Source: Bugula neritina (lineage: Eukaryota; Animalia; Bryozoa). Taken from it: a DNA stretch of 64,000 nucleotides. The position numbers and the translations under genes were made by a program. Location: the NCBI GenBank assembly GCA_964035545.1, contig OZ037768.1, positions 1 to 64,000 on the forward strand, in the 5' to 3' direction. Below the pieces are notes generated by a model. It had not been told where the DNA came from. It ran no database searches and worked only from the letters and a program-made list of their open reading frames with translations. Positions 13,944-26,600 of this stretch are shown one piece after another. Positions within the stretch are counted from its first letter, which is position 1, and each line of letters opens with the position of its first letter.

Positions 13944-15204
13944 CCCCGAGCCCCGAGCCCCGAGCCCCGAGCCCCGAGCCCCGAGCCCCGAGCCCCGAGC
14001 CCCGAGCCCCGAGCCCCGAGCCCCGAGCCCCCGAGCCCCGAGCCCCGAGCCCCGAGCCCCGAGCCCCGAGCCCCGAGCCCCGAGCCCCGAGCCCCGAGCC
14101 CCGAGCCCCGAGCCCCGAGCCCCGAGCCCCGAGCCCCGAGCCCCGAGCCCCGAGCCCCGAGCCCCGAGCCCCGAGCCCCGAGCCCCGAGCCCCGAGCCCC
14201 GAGCCCCGAGCCCCGAGCCCCGAGCCCCGAGCCCCGAGCCCCGAGCCCCGAGCCCCGAGCCCCGAGCCCCGAGCCCCGAGCCCCGAGCCCCGAGCCCCGA
14301 GCCCCGAGCCCCGAGCCCCGAGCCCCGAGCCCCGAGCCCCGAGCCCCGAGCCCCGAGCCCCGAGCCCCGAGCCCCGAGCCCCGAGCCCCGAGCCCCGAGC
14401 CCCGAGCCCCGAGCCCCGAGCCCCGAGCCCCGAGCCCCGAGCCCCGAGCCCCGAGCCCCGAGCCCCGAGCCCCGAGCCCCGAGCCCCGAGCCCCGAGCCC
14501 CGAGCCCCGAGCCCCGAGCCCCGAGCCCCGAGCCCCGAGCCCCGAGCCCCGAGCCCCGAGCCCCGAGCCCCGAGCCCCGAGCCCCGAGCCCCGAGCCCCG
14601 AGCCCCGAGCCCCGAGCCCCGAGCCCCGAGCCCCGAGCCCCGAGCCCCGAGCCCCGAGCCCCGAGCCCCGAGCCCCGAGCCCCGAGCCCCGAGCCCCGAG
14701 CCCCGAGCCCCGAGCCCCGAGCCCCGAGCCCCGAGCCCCGAGCCCCGAGCCCCGAGCCCCGAGCCCCGAGCCCCGAGCCCCGAGCCCCGAGCCCCGAGCC
14801 CCGAGCCCCGAGCCCCGAGCCCCGAGCCCCGAGCCCCGAGCCCCGAGCCCCGAGCCCCGAGCCCCGAGCCCCGAGCCCCGAGCCCCGAGCCCCGAGCCCC
14901 GAGCCCCGAGCCCCGAGCCCCGAGCCCCGAGCCCCGAGCCCCGAGCCCCGAGCCCCGAGCCCCGAGCCCCGAGCCCCGAGCCCCGAGCCCCGAGCCCCGA
15001 GCCCCGAGCCCCGAGCCCCGAGCCCCGAGCCCCGAGCCCCGAGCCCCGAGCCCCGAGCCCCGAGCCCCGAGCCCCGAGCCCCGAGCCCCGAGCCCCGAGC
15101 CCCGAGCCCCGAGCCCCGAGCCCCGAGCCCCGAGCCCCGAGCCCCGAGCCCCGAGCCCCGAGCCCCGAGCCCCGAGCCCCGAGCCCCGAGCCCCGAGCCC
15201 CGAG
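13944..15204. repeat. Proximal telomere-variant array (CCCCGAG)n
   Basis: 1261 bp = 180 units, one with an extra C near 14030. Followed by CCCCAAA CCCTAAA CCCTATAA (15205-15226). Confidence 0.95.
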
Positions 15205-16366
15205 CCCCAAACCCTAAACCCTATAACAATGTTACAAGCAGCAATCTGACCAACTACAGCATAATGTGTATTAAAAGGTTAAACTTTTTTCATCTCTGAG
15301 CTCAGATGATATTAACTGCTCTGTCCACCAAATTTAGATTTTTTGGGCTTGTGTTTCGATTTTTTCCTAGGTTGAAACTCATTCCGAAAGTCATTGCCCT
15401 CATTGAGGCTGTTCATTAAACTCCTGACCAGATGCATAATGTATATAGCTGCATTGACTTATTTTATTAGAGTCGATTCATCACGTTATATGGCATATCA
15501 ATTAAAACATATATTTTTCCATTTGGCTGTTTACCAGACATGCATGCAACTTGACCTTTCTATATTTTCTTACAACGTTAAAGGCTTCAGAATCAGAACT
15601 GTTCTTCTTTTGAATTGAAGGATACTTTTTAACACAATATAATATATTGGCGTCATGATTTTTATAATTTTTTGTGCTCCTTTATGGCTGTGTTTTTTAA
15701 ACTTACTGCTTCACCCTTTCGTTTTTGTTGTTGTACCATAAATTATAATATACCCTCGCACCTTCTTCAGTCGTGTTTGTTATCAATACTTGTTCTACCA
15801 ATGGGTATCGGCTATTTGCAATTCATTGTTTTCAAAGCCGCACACGGCCAGTCATGCATTTCAATACATGACGTGAAACCACGTGTTTTCTCACTCGTCT
15901 GAACCTACCTTGAGACTCATGGTGATGGCTACTGCAAGTTCTCTTCAGATAATTGTTAACCCTCTCGAGGTAATATGTTTTTGTTTACTGCTATTTCAAT
16001 TCAACTTCAACACCCAACTCTTTGGCTTTACTTTAAAATTGGTTTTTTTAGTTTTAAACGATTGTTTTCATTTTATGTCTAACTTTATATCGATATCAAT
16101 AATGATTTAGTTACTGTTACAGTGTTAGTAATACTGTAGTAATTCGTGGAATTACTAGTTTGTGGGTTATCTACTTGTGTACTTAATTGGCTATTCTGCT
16201 AGCAATTACTAGGGTAGCTGTCGAGTAATTATATTTATTATCCACAATAAAGCATAAAGTAAACATCACATCAAATTATCCTATACATAAGTCAACCACT
16301 AACACATGTTTCTACTTCGAGCCCTCGCTTACAACAACGTGATCAATGTCAATTGCCCGGGAACTG

Positions 16367-16411
16367 TCACGTGAGTCGGAACCATATCTTCCGGTGCTGC
16401 TGATTGGTTAC
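16367..16411. promoter_or_regulatory. Promoter-like motif cluster (E-box TCACGTGA, ETS CCGGAAG and CCAAT box on the - strand)
   Basis: The sequence tcacgtga...cttccggtg...tgattggtta falls within 45 bp in a locally CpG-retaining patch. No gene assigned. Confidence 0.35.
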
Positions 16412-19400
16412 TACATAGGGGCCTTAGTATTCCCAGAACGGAGAGAGGACGATTCTCATATTAGTACATTGCATGACTCACTACAATACTAATACCAATG
16501 TTAATAGTAATACTAATAGCAATAGTAATAGTATTACTATTACTATTAGTCATAGCAATACTCTTACTAGTGATGAGTAATATTCATAGTTGATACTTTT
16601 GTTTCGATTATCAGAATGAATATCAATAGGATATTGATAATTATAATTATTAACGATCAATGATGATTACAACGTCAACTATTATTATAATTATAGGCCT
16701 AGTAATCATAATTATAACCGTAACGCTTAATGATTATGATAATAATTTAAATTATGATTTTGATTATCATTCTCATTTTCATTCTCTTCCTGGCTCCCTT
16801 TTTATTTCATTTTCCTATAACTCACACCTCCACTGGTAGCCTAACTCATACGTATGACTATCACTATGAGTCTTGATCATAATGGAACGTTAATTCAAGT
16901 TGGGTGTCTTTATTTGTATTTCGTACTTCTCGTTTTAGTACTCATTCTAGTTTGTTGGAAGTTGGGTTTTATGCATATTCATTATCATTATCATAATCAC
17001 TACTATTCTATTCTTTTACCATCAGTATATGACTACGAAAATTTATATTCATCATTCAAATTTATTTTGTGACTATTACTTAATTTTTTGTGTTTGTTTT
17101 CTAGGCCTACTAATGATGAACAAGTAATACTAATATAGATATTTCATCTGTTTTGTATTTTCATTCTGGAGTGTATGCAATATTAGAATGTAAAGTTATT
17201 CCTATTTTTCATTCATTTCAGTTACTGAGTTTGAACTCATTTTCAATCCAAAATCATTTAATTTAAAGTAGTTTTTCTTTGTTGCATGTATAATTATGGT
17301 TCACACATTTTTAGTTTTGACAATTTATTCCCTCATTCCCTATTTTCTTACTGTTTAAACATCATGATCATGCTCAAATTCTGCCTATGTTGAGTTTTTT
17401 ACAAATCATTACTTAATATTTCGAGGCAATCGGTTTCACCAATACGGCCTGCTTCTTGTAATATACTGTATTTGGATGAATAGTGTTTACAAAGTCAATA
17501 ATGATCTTAATATCACACTTCATCTGCTGAATTGAGATTAGTAACACATGCAGGCAGTAGAATGTTTTTATGACTGTCGTTTTCACTTCACTCTGCTCTT
17601 GCTGAAACATCTTTATACCTGATGACACTTGACTAATATCTCACAACCACTCACCATATAACATTCTTCTGAGTCAGAAATTTTCACTTTTACCAATTTT
17701 GCGGCCTCTATTAAAGCATTTACATGAAATGTACTTTATTCTTGCCTCTCATATCCAATTTTTAGCTCTATTGCTATTAAAGTCCCTCATACTGGTTTTT
17801 GCTTGTCATCGGATTTATAGAAAATAATGACCGGTTTTTCAGGTTGATGTGATGAACTTCACTTATGTTCATCTTTGTTTTACTTTAAATGATTCTCTTT
17901 TTTTCATGAAAAATGTAATCAATCAATAGTCATAAATATACTTTTATGCAGTATGTGCATTGGAAACTCTCACAGGCCACTAGTAAGTCACTAGAATATG
18001 GTGCGACACAATTAGCCAGTAAATAATTAGGTGTCACAGTGAGTACATATATAGATGTCTGATCTACAAGTCATGCTTTCTGTTTTCTCAGATTGTGCTC
18101 AGTTAAATTTCCTTGTTTCAGAAGTCAATCATATGATGTGTTCATTTCTTTTCATGCCCCAGTATAAGTTCTATGATGCATTGTCTTTTGCCAGCTAAGC
18201 AGTTGTCACTTCTGCCAGTTCTTACTGTTGATGGTTTCTCAGATCTGTGTAAAAACTGTTGTTTGCTTCTACTTAGTATTTTTATGTTAATCCCCTTCAG
18301 TTTTTTAGTCCAAACCTCATTTCACATTTTCCCTAATATTGTAAAATATTGCAAACTTTCCATCTGTTTAAATTTCTGAGTCACATTTTGAATATTCTAG
18401 TTATTTGTAGAGGAAACTTGCAGTCTTTTCTAAATATCATTTACATCCCTGTATAGTTACATATCTATTCTATTGTGTGTTTTTAATAATCAATAATGTT
18501 ATAATTTTATTATCGGCTAACCCTGCTAATGGGAATTTGTGCAGCTTGCTGCTTGCTCCTACTGTAGTTGTCTTCTCTTGTTTTCTTGAAGTTCTATTGC
18601 ATAGTTGTCTTCTTTTTTTCCTGAAGTTTCATTATGCAGTTGTCTTCTCTCAGTTTCTTGAAGTAGGATGAGGTAGTTGTCTTCTCTAGGATATTCAAAA
18701 GCTCACACATTCAAATTGTCTGCTCTGTCAGTAAAAATAGTTTGACCAGTCTACTGTGACTCTGCAGCCTTCAGACTAGGAAAGTATTTTGTTCTCACTT
18801 GGTAACTATTTTCAGCTTGCTGGTAACAATCATGGTTTATTTGCTAGCTTTATTATTTATCAGGTTATGGCTCTTTCAACAAATCATATTTTAACTTAAT
18901 TAAGCGTGATGATACTCTTCTATTTCTTTTCACAATTAAATATGATTTTTTTCATTTCTCCAATTCTCAATTTTATTGCTTTTTCTACTACTGTTGTATT
19001 AAATGAGCTGTATTTAGCATTTTATGTTTATTTCATTGTTTTCATGATATGCAACACCACATAATTGTAGACTAATTTAATTTTACAGTAACTGGTGTGA
19101 CGGTCAGATGGTCAGCTACTAGACAACCAATCAATTGGGTATAAAGTTGGACAAAGTCATTCTAGATTATTCTTCACATGTGTCAGCTGTAAGAGCTATA
19201 TAGAAGTAATTCTTACTAAGTATAACATGTCTCCTTGATCAAACTACTTATGTATAGAATTTTTCACAAATTATCATTTAATCACAATTCAACAAGTAAA
19301 CAGTTTCAAACTGTTTATCAAGTTGCATTTTCAAGAATTACAATTAAAAGTTACACTGAAGTTAAACTGATATAATATTTTACTTCTCTGTAAGTTGGTT

Positions 19401-20681
19401 TAACTTGGATGTTTTATGTGCCTTAACTTAACCTGATTATACATACCTGTGGTGGTTGATGTCTACTTTTATATCCTATAATTATATATTTAGTTTTTTT
19501 TACCCAATCCGCTGAATATTCCAGTTTTGAGTTACTAGCATTTGGGTGTTCAGTTTGGCGCAGTGTAATTCTGTCAAGGTCTCTCATACTATGCATTATA
19601 CAAAATACTTATTTTCTATAAAGACCTAGCCAACTGTGGTCAGTTCTGAGAGCCCCATCTTGGTTCTAATTAGGTATTTTTTATTTACGATATTTTTTTC
19701 TGCGTTTTCAATATTACCAATTTTATATGATGTAGGAAAATAATTTTTTGTGCTTTTTGTATTCTTGTTGATAACTGATGTCCATAATTCATGTATATCT
19801 ATTTCTGTTTGAATAGTGAAAAAGTTATGTTTTTATTAATTATTTTAGTCTTGTTAACTCCAAGTCCTGCGGAATTGTTCAAGTTAATCACTTGTAGTCA
19901 TTAGACTAGTATCTCAGCTCTGCAAACATTTACTATTAGCAAATTAAAATGAAGTGTTTTATATATTAAGGTAGTTTAGAATATTTGTTGTCTGTTTTGT
20001 AGTTGTGTTTAACCTCATGCAGATAGAAGTCACCTTGCTATCAAGACCAGTTTTATATCTGTGATATGCTCACAAGCCTACATGTAGAAGTTGTCTTCTC
20101 TCTGTGTTTGATTCATCGAAACTTTTCATCCGTTCAGGTGTGTGTTTAAATGAATTGCTTATTGCAACAATATTAACTCTTCCTTTCATTAAGTTGAGGT
20201 TGTCTAACCTTCGCTATTAACTCTTTGCATTCGTAAAACTACCAGTGCACGGCAGTGAAGTGAAATCAGTTGACCCATATCTGCTCCTGTTAGCTATGAA
20301 ATCCACTGTTGATTACCATTACCATAACGCATGGCCTTTTCTCTGCCGTTTCTTTTAGTTTTAAAAGTTAGAGCTGCATATTTATCTCATTCAAGAATTT
20401 ATGCTGCCAAATGCGTTTCTAATAAAGTTAAAACAGCATAAAATTATTGTAAAAGCTCTTGCCAACCTCACTCCAGCTCCGTAGAAAGATATCATTTATA
20501 TACCTTTGCAGCTTCATTTGCTTTGAAGCTAGTGAAGCGTGTAATGTCTCACTATAACTCACCTTGACTGGCAATCCATTACTCAAATGACATCTGTCAA
20601 TACACCAGCTGCATTGGCACCGACTAGACTACTCTATTGGTTTACTCAAGCATACTAAGTGTAAGCAGTCTATCTTGTCTC

Positions 20682-23600
20682 ATGGCTTTCCTCACTGAAC
20701 TCAAAATATTCGTCTTGCTCGTTTTTCTGTGTATCAGAGACTGGGTTCAGAGAATTAGACTGAGTCTGGGTGAGTATCCTCTAAATCCTACCCTCTGTAT
20801 CCTACTTTCTGTATACTACTCTCTGTGTCCTACCCTCTGTGTCCCACCCTCTGTATACTACCCTCTGAATCTTACCTTCTGTATACTACCCTCTGTATAC
20901 TACCCTCTGCATCCTACCCTCTGTATACTACCCTCTGTATACTACCCTCTGTATACAACTCTCTGTATACTACTCTCTGTATCCTACTCTCTGTATACTA
21001 CCCTCTGTATACTACTCTCTGTATACTACCCTCTGTATACTACCCTCTGTATACTACTCTCTGTATACTACTCTCTGTATACTACTCTCTGTATACTACC
21101 TTCTGTATCCTACTCTCTGTATACTACCCTCTGTATACTACTCTCTGTATACTACTCTCTGTATCCTACTCTCTGTATACTACTCTCTGTATACTACTCT
21201 CTGTATACTACTCTCTGTATACTACTCTCTGTATCCTACTCTCTGTATACTACCCTCTGTATACTACTCTCTGTATACTACCCTCTGTATCCTACCTTCT
21301 GTATACTACCCTCTGTATCCTACCTTCTGTATCCTACCCTCTGTATCCTACCTTCTGTATACTACCCTCTGTATACTATCCTTTGTATACTACTCTCTGT
21401 ATACTACCCTCTGTATACTACTCTCTGTATCCTACTCTCTGTATACTACCCTCTGTATACTACCCTCTGTATACTACTCTCTGTATCCTACTCTCTGTAT
21501 ACTACCCTCTGTATACTACTCTCTGTATACTACCTTCTGTATCCTACCCTCTGTATACTACCCTCTGTATCCTACTCTCTGTATACTACCCTCTGTATAC
21601 TACCCTCTGTATACTACTCTCTGTATCCTACTCTCTGTATACTACCCTCTGTATACTACTCTCTGTATACTACCTTCTGTATCCTACCCTCTGTATACTA
21701 CCCTCTGTATCCTACCCTCTGTATACTACTCTCTGTATACTACCCTCTGTATACTACCCTCTGTTTACTACCCTCTGTATACTACCCTCTGTATACTACT
21801 CTCTGTATCCTATCTTCTGTATACTACCTTCTGTATACTACCCTCTGTATCCTACTCTCTGTATCCTACCCTCTGTATACTACCTTCTGTATACTACCCT
21901 CTATATACTACCCTCTGTATACTACTCTCTGTATACTACCCTCTGTATACTACTCTCTGTATACTACTCTCTGTATACTACCCTCTGTATACTACTCTCT
22001 GTATACTACCCTCTGTATACTACCCTCTGTATACTACTCTCTGTATCCTACCCTCTGTATACTACCCTCTGTATACTACCCTCTGTATACTACTCTCTGT
22101 ATACTACCCTCTGTATACTACCCTCTGTATACTACCCTCTGTATACTACCCTCTGTATCCTACCCTCTGTATACTACTCTCTGTATATTACCCTCTGTAT
22201 ACTACTCTCTGTATCCTATCTTCTGTATACTACCCTCTGTATACTACCCTCTGTATACTACCCTCTGTATACTACTCTCTGTATACTACCCTCTGTATAC
22301 TACCCTCTGTATACTACTCTCTGTATCCTACCCTCTGTATACTACCCTCTGTATACTACCCTCTGTATACTACTCTCTGTATACTACCCTCTGTATACTA
22401 CCCTCTGTATACTACCCTCTGTATACTACCCTCTGTATCCTACCCTCTGTATACTACTCTCTGTATATTACCCTCTGTATACTACTCTCTGTATCCTATC
22501 TTCTGTATACTACCCTCTGTATACTACCCTCTGTATACTACCCTCTGTATACTACTCTCTGTATACTACTCTCTGTATACTACCCTCTGTATACTACCCT
22601 CTGTATACTACCCTCTGTATACTACTCTCTGTATACTACCCTCTGTATCCTACCCTCTGTATACTACTCTCTGTATATTACCCTCTGTATACTACTCTCT
22701 GTATCCTATCTTCTGTATACTACCCTCTGTATACTACCCTCTGTATACTACCCTCTGTATACTACTCTCTGTATACTACTCTCTGTATATTACCCTCTGT
22801 ATACTACCCTCTGTATACTACTCTCTGTATACTACTCTCTGTATCCTATCTTCTGTATACTACCCTCTGTATACTACTCTCTGTATCCTACTCTCTGTAT
22901 ACTACCCTCTGTATACTACCCTCTGTATACTACCCTCTGTATACTACCCTCTGTGTCCTACTCTCTGTATCCTACCCTCTGTATACTACTCTCTGTATAC
23001 TACCCTCTGTATACTACTCTCTGTATCCTACTCTCTGTATACTACTCTCTGTATACTACTCTCTGTATACTACTCTCTGTATACTACCCTCTGTATACTA
23101 CTCTCTGTATCCTACTCTCTGTATACTACCCTCTGTATACTACCCTCTGTATACTACCCTCTGTATCCTACCTTCTGTATCCTACCCCCTGTATACTACT
23201 CTCTGTATACTACCCTCTGTATCCTACCTTCTGTATCCTACCCCCTGTATACTACCCTCTGTATACTACTCTCTGTATACTACCTTCTGTATCCTACTCT
23301 CTGTATCCTACCCTCTGTATACTACTCTCTGTATCCTACCTTCTGTATACTACCTTCTGTATCCTACTCTCTGTATACTATCCTTTGTATACTACCCTCT
23401 GTGTCCTACCTTCTGTATACTACCCTCTGTATACTACCCTCTGTGTCCTACCCTACTTTATACTGTATATTCTCCAGCTACTAGGTGTGAAGTTACCAAG
23501 AATCAGCCATTTATTGAAGCTATAGTATGTGTAGAATATTTGTTTATATTTATTGCATTTTAAGTAATTGTGGGCTTATTAAAAGGTGCCCTGAAGACCT

Positions 23601-26600
23601 ATTACGGATATCCCGGAGGTTTTATATACAAAAACATCATTATGATTCCATTCCTGCACACTAAAGAGAGACTGGATACGTGTCAGCAGTATTCTAGGTT
23701 CAGGAACAACGATGTTGTACTACTCACCTACCCGAAGTCAGGTAACACAACCCTGTATACCTCATACCTGTATACCTCATACCTGTATACTTCATACCTG
23801 TATACCTCATACCTGTATACCTCATACCTTTCTACGTTATACCTGTATACCTCATATATTTATAGTATGCTAATCTTGTACATCTATATTACATGCTAAT
23901 GTAACAATAATTAATAACTGTTTGCTCATTGTACAGGAACTCATCTGACTGGAGAGATAATTGCTTGTATTTACAAAGAGATGGGGTATCTGAAGTCAAC
24001 AGGCATGTCGGCCATTGTGTCTCTCGAGTCCCAACCACCTTCAGTGTTTCACTTCAGAAGATCAGGTATTATACCTTCAGTACGTGTTTACCTGCGCTAT
24101 TATAATATTATACCTTCAGTACGTATTTACCTGCGCTATTATAATATTATACCTTCAGTACGTATTTACCTGCGCTATTATAATATTATACCTTCAGTAC
24201 TTATTTACCTGCGCTATTATAATATTATACCTTCAGTACGTATTTACCTGCGCTATTATAATATTATACCTTCAGTACTTATTTACCTGCGCTATTATAA
24301 TATTATACATTCAGTACGTATTTACCTGCGCTATTGTAATATTATACGTTCAGTGTATTTACCTGCGCTATTGTAATATTATACGTTCAATGTATTTACC
24401 TGCGCTATTATAATATTATACCTTCAGTACTTATTTACCTGCGCTATTATAATATTATACCTTCAGTACGTATTTACCTGCGCTATTATAATATTATACC
24501 TTCAGTACGTATTTACCTACGCTATTATAATATTATACCTTTAGTACGTATTTACCTGCGCTATTATAATATTATACGTTCAGTGTATTTACCTGCGCTA
24601 TTATAATATTATACGTTCAGTGTATTTACCTGCGCTATTATAATATTATACGTTCAGTACTTATTTACCTGTGCTATTATAATATTATACGTTCAGTGTA
24701 TTTACCTGCGCTATTATAATATACGTTCAGTGTACTTACCTGCGCTGTTATAATAGAGTGTCTAACAACGTGATATTGTCAAAATGGAGGATATTGATGA
24801 AGCTTCCGCTATGATTGGATGTGTGCCAAGTCATTGCATGCTGTGAACTTTCATTTCTTGCAATTTATGTACTTCAACTCTGAATTTATTATGCTATCCT
24901 AAAAGAAAACTCTTACAGACTCCTTCTCAAGAATAAAGTGTTTTATTTACTGTTGTGTTGAGTACACTTATCTCTTTGACTTGCTAATATGTTATTAAAA
25001 ATAATATGTTATAATATAAAACTAATATCATACTATTACAATATGTTATAATATAAAACTAGTATCATACTATTATAATATAAAACTAATATCATACTAT
25101 TACAATATATTATAATATAAAACTAATATCATACATTACAATATATTATAATATAAAACTAATATCATACCATTATAATATAAAACTAATATCATACCAT
25201 TACAATATATTATAATATAAAACTAATATCATACCATTACAATATATTATAATATAAAACTAATATCATACTATTACAATAAATTATGTCATAACACTGA
25301 ACTAAGTACTTAATTTTGTTTCTAGGGACTGAAAAGGGGGCCATGTGGGATGTTGATGCTGCATTCAGCCCCAGAATTATAAAATCTCACTTACCTTGGA
25401 GTTGGCTGCCCAGAGATGTTCAACAAGGCAGCGTGAAGGTGAGACAATCTAGAACGGAAATATTACATAGTCATTCGTACTCTCTCTGAGTCATCTATAC
25501 TCTCTCTGAGTCATCCGTACTCTCTCTGAGTCATCTATACTCTCTCTGAGTCATCCGTACTCTCTCTGGGTCATCCATGTCAACTTTTAGACTGTCGTAT
25601 CTTTTTCTAGTCATGATTTTAGCAACTTCAATAAACTTTATTTGCAGCTATACAATATTATATAAGGCAGTATATAATGTTATATAAGATATATAATATA
25701 TAAACTATATACAATATTATGTAATTTTGTATATAATACATATTTTCGTCTTAAAATGCAACACCAACTAATGGTCAGAAGTTTTATTGTAATTTTCTGC
25801 AGGCGATACTTACTCGACGTAATCCTAAAGATGTGATCTGCAGTTTTTATGTTTTTCTGAGGAAAATGGGCCAGTTGCCAAATGCTACTTTTAACCAATT
25901 TTTTGATTGGTTTATAGAAGGAAATGGTACGAACATTCTTACTCTTTGCTATGTCAGTCAAACTTGTGTACTAGTACTACTATGTTATCAGTTATGTACT
26001 AGTACTACTATGTTATCAGTTATGTACTAGTACTACTATGTTATCAGTTATGTACTAGTACTACTATGTTATCAGTTATGTACTAGTACTACTATGTTAT
26101 CAGTTATGTATTCATCATTCTCATGGAGTGAATTCTCTTGCAGTTATCTATGGTGGATATTTTCAATATCTAAAGGAATGGTACCCACACAGAAATAACC
26201 CCAACCTCCTCAACCTGACCTATGAAGAGCTTCTTGTGGTCTGTAGTTTGTACTACAGTGTGTAGTTAGTACTACAGTGTGTAGTTAGTACTACAGTGTG
26301 TAGTTAGTACTACAGTGTGTAGTTAGTACTGCAGTGTGTAGTTAGTACTACAGTGTATAGTTAGTACTACAGTGTATAGTTAGTACTACAGTGTGTATAG
26401 TTAGTACTACAGTGTATAGTTAGTACTACAGTGTATAGTTAGTACTACAGTATGTGTAGTTTGACTACAGTATTTGATTTGTACTACAGTGTGTACCTAA
26501 TTCACTTGTACTTTCAGTTTTCAGTTGATTTGTCTTTTATATAGACAACCAATACAGGCTCTCCTTAATATCAAGTTCTAAACTGAGTGTATGATATTCC

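Noticed and set aside
15230-20630. Short ORFs and A-rich coding-like fragments on the - strand (possible decayed transposon or gene)
   Set aside because: Frames are interrupted by stops and I recognise no domain, TIR, LTR or TSD. A translated homology search is needed.
20637-23563. 962-aa and 912-aa ORFs (likewise ORFs at 27033-28236, 45042-46358, 55654-58761, 59903-60859, 62168-62581)
   Set aside because: They are translations of stop-free tandem repeats, open in several frames and mostly lying between GT and AG of clear genes. Only their exon-overlapping ends are coding.
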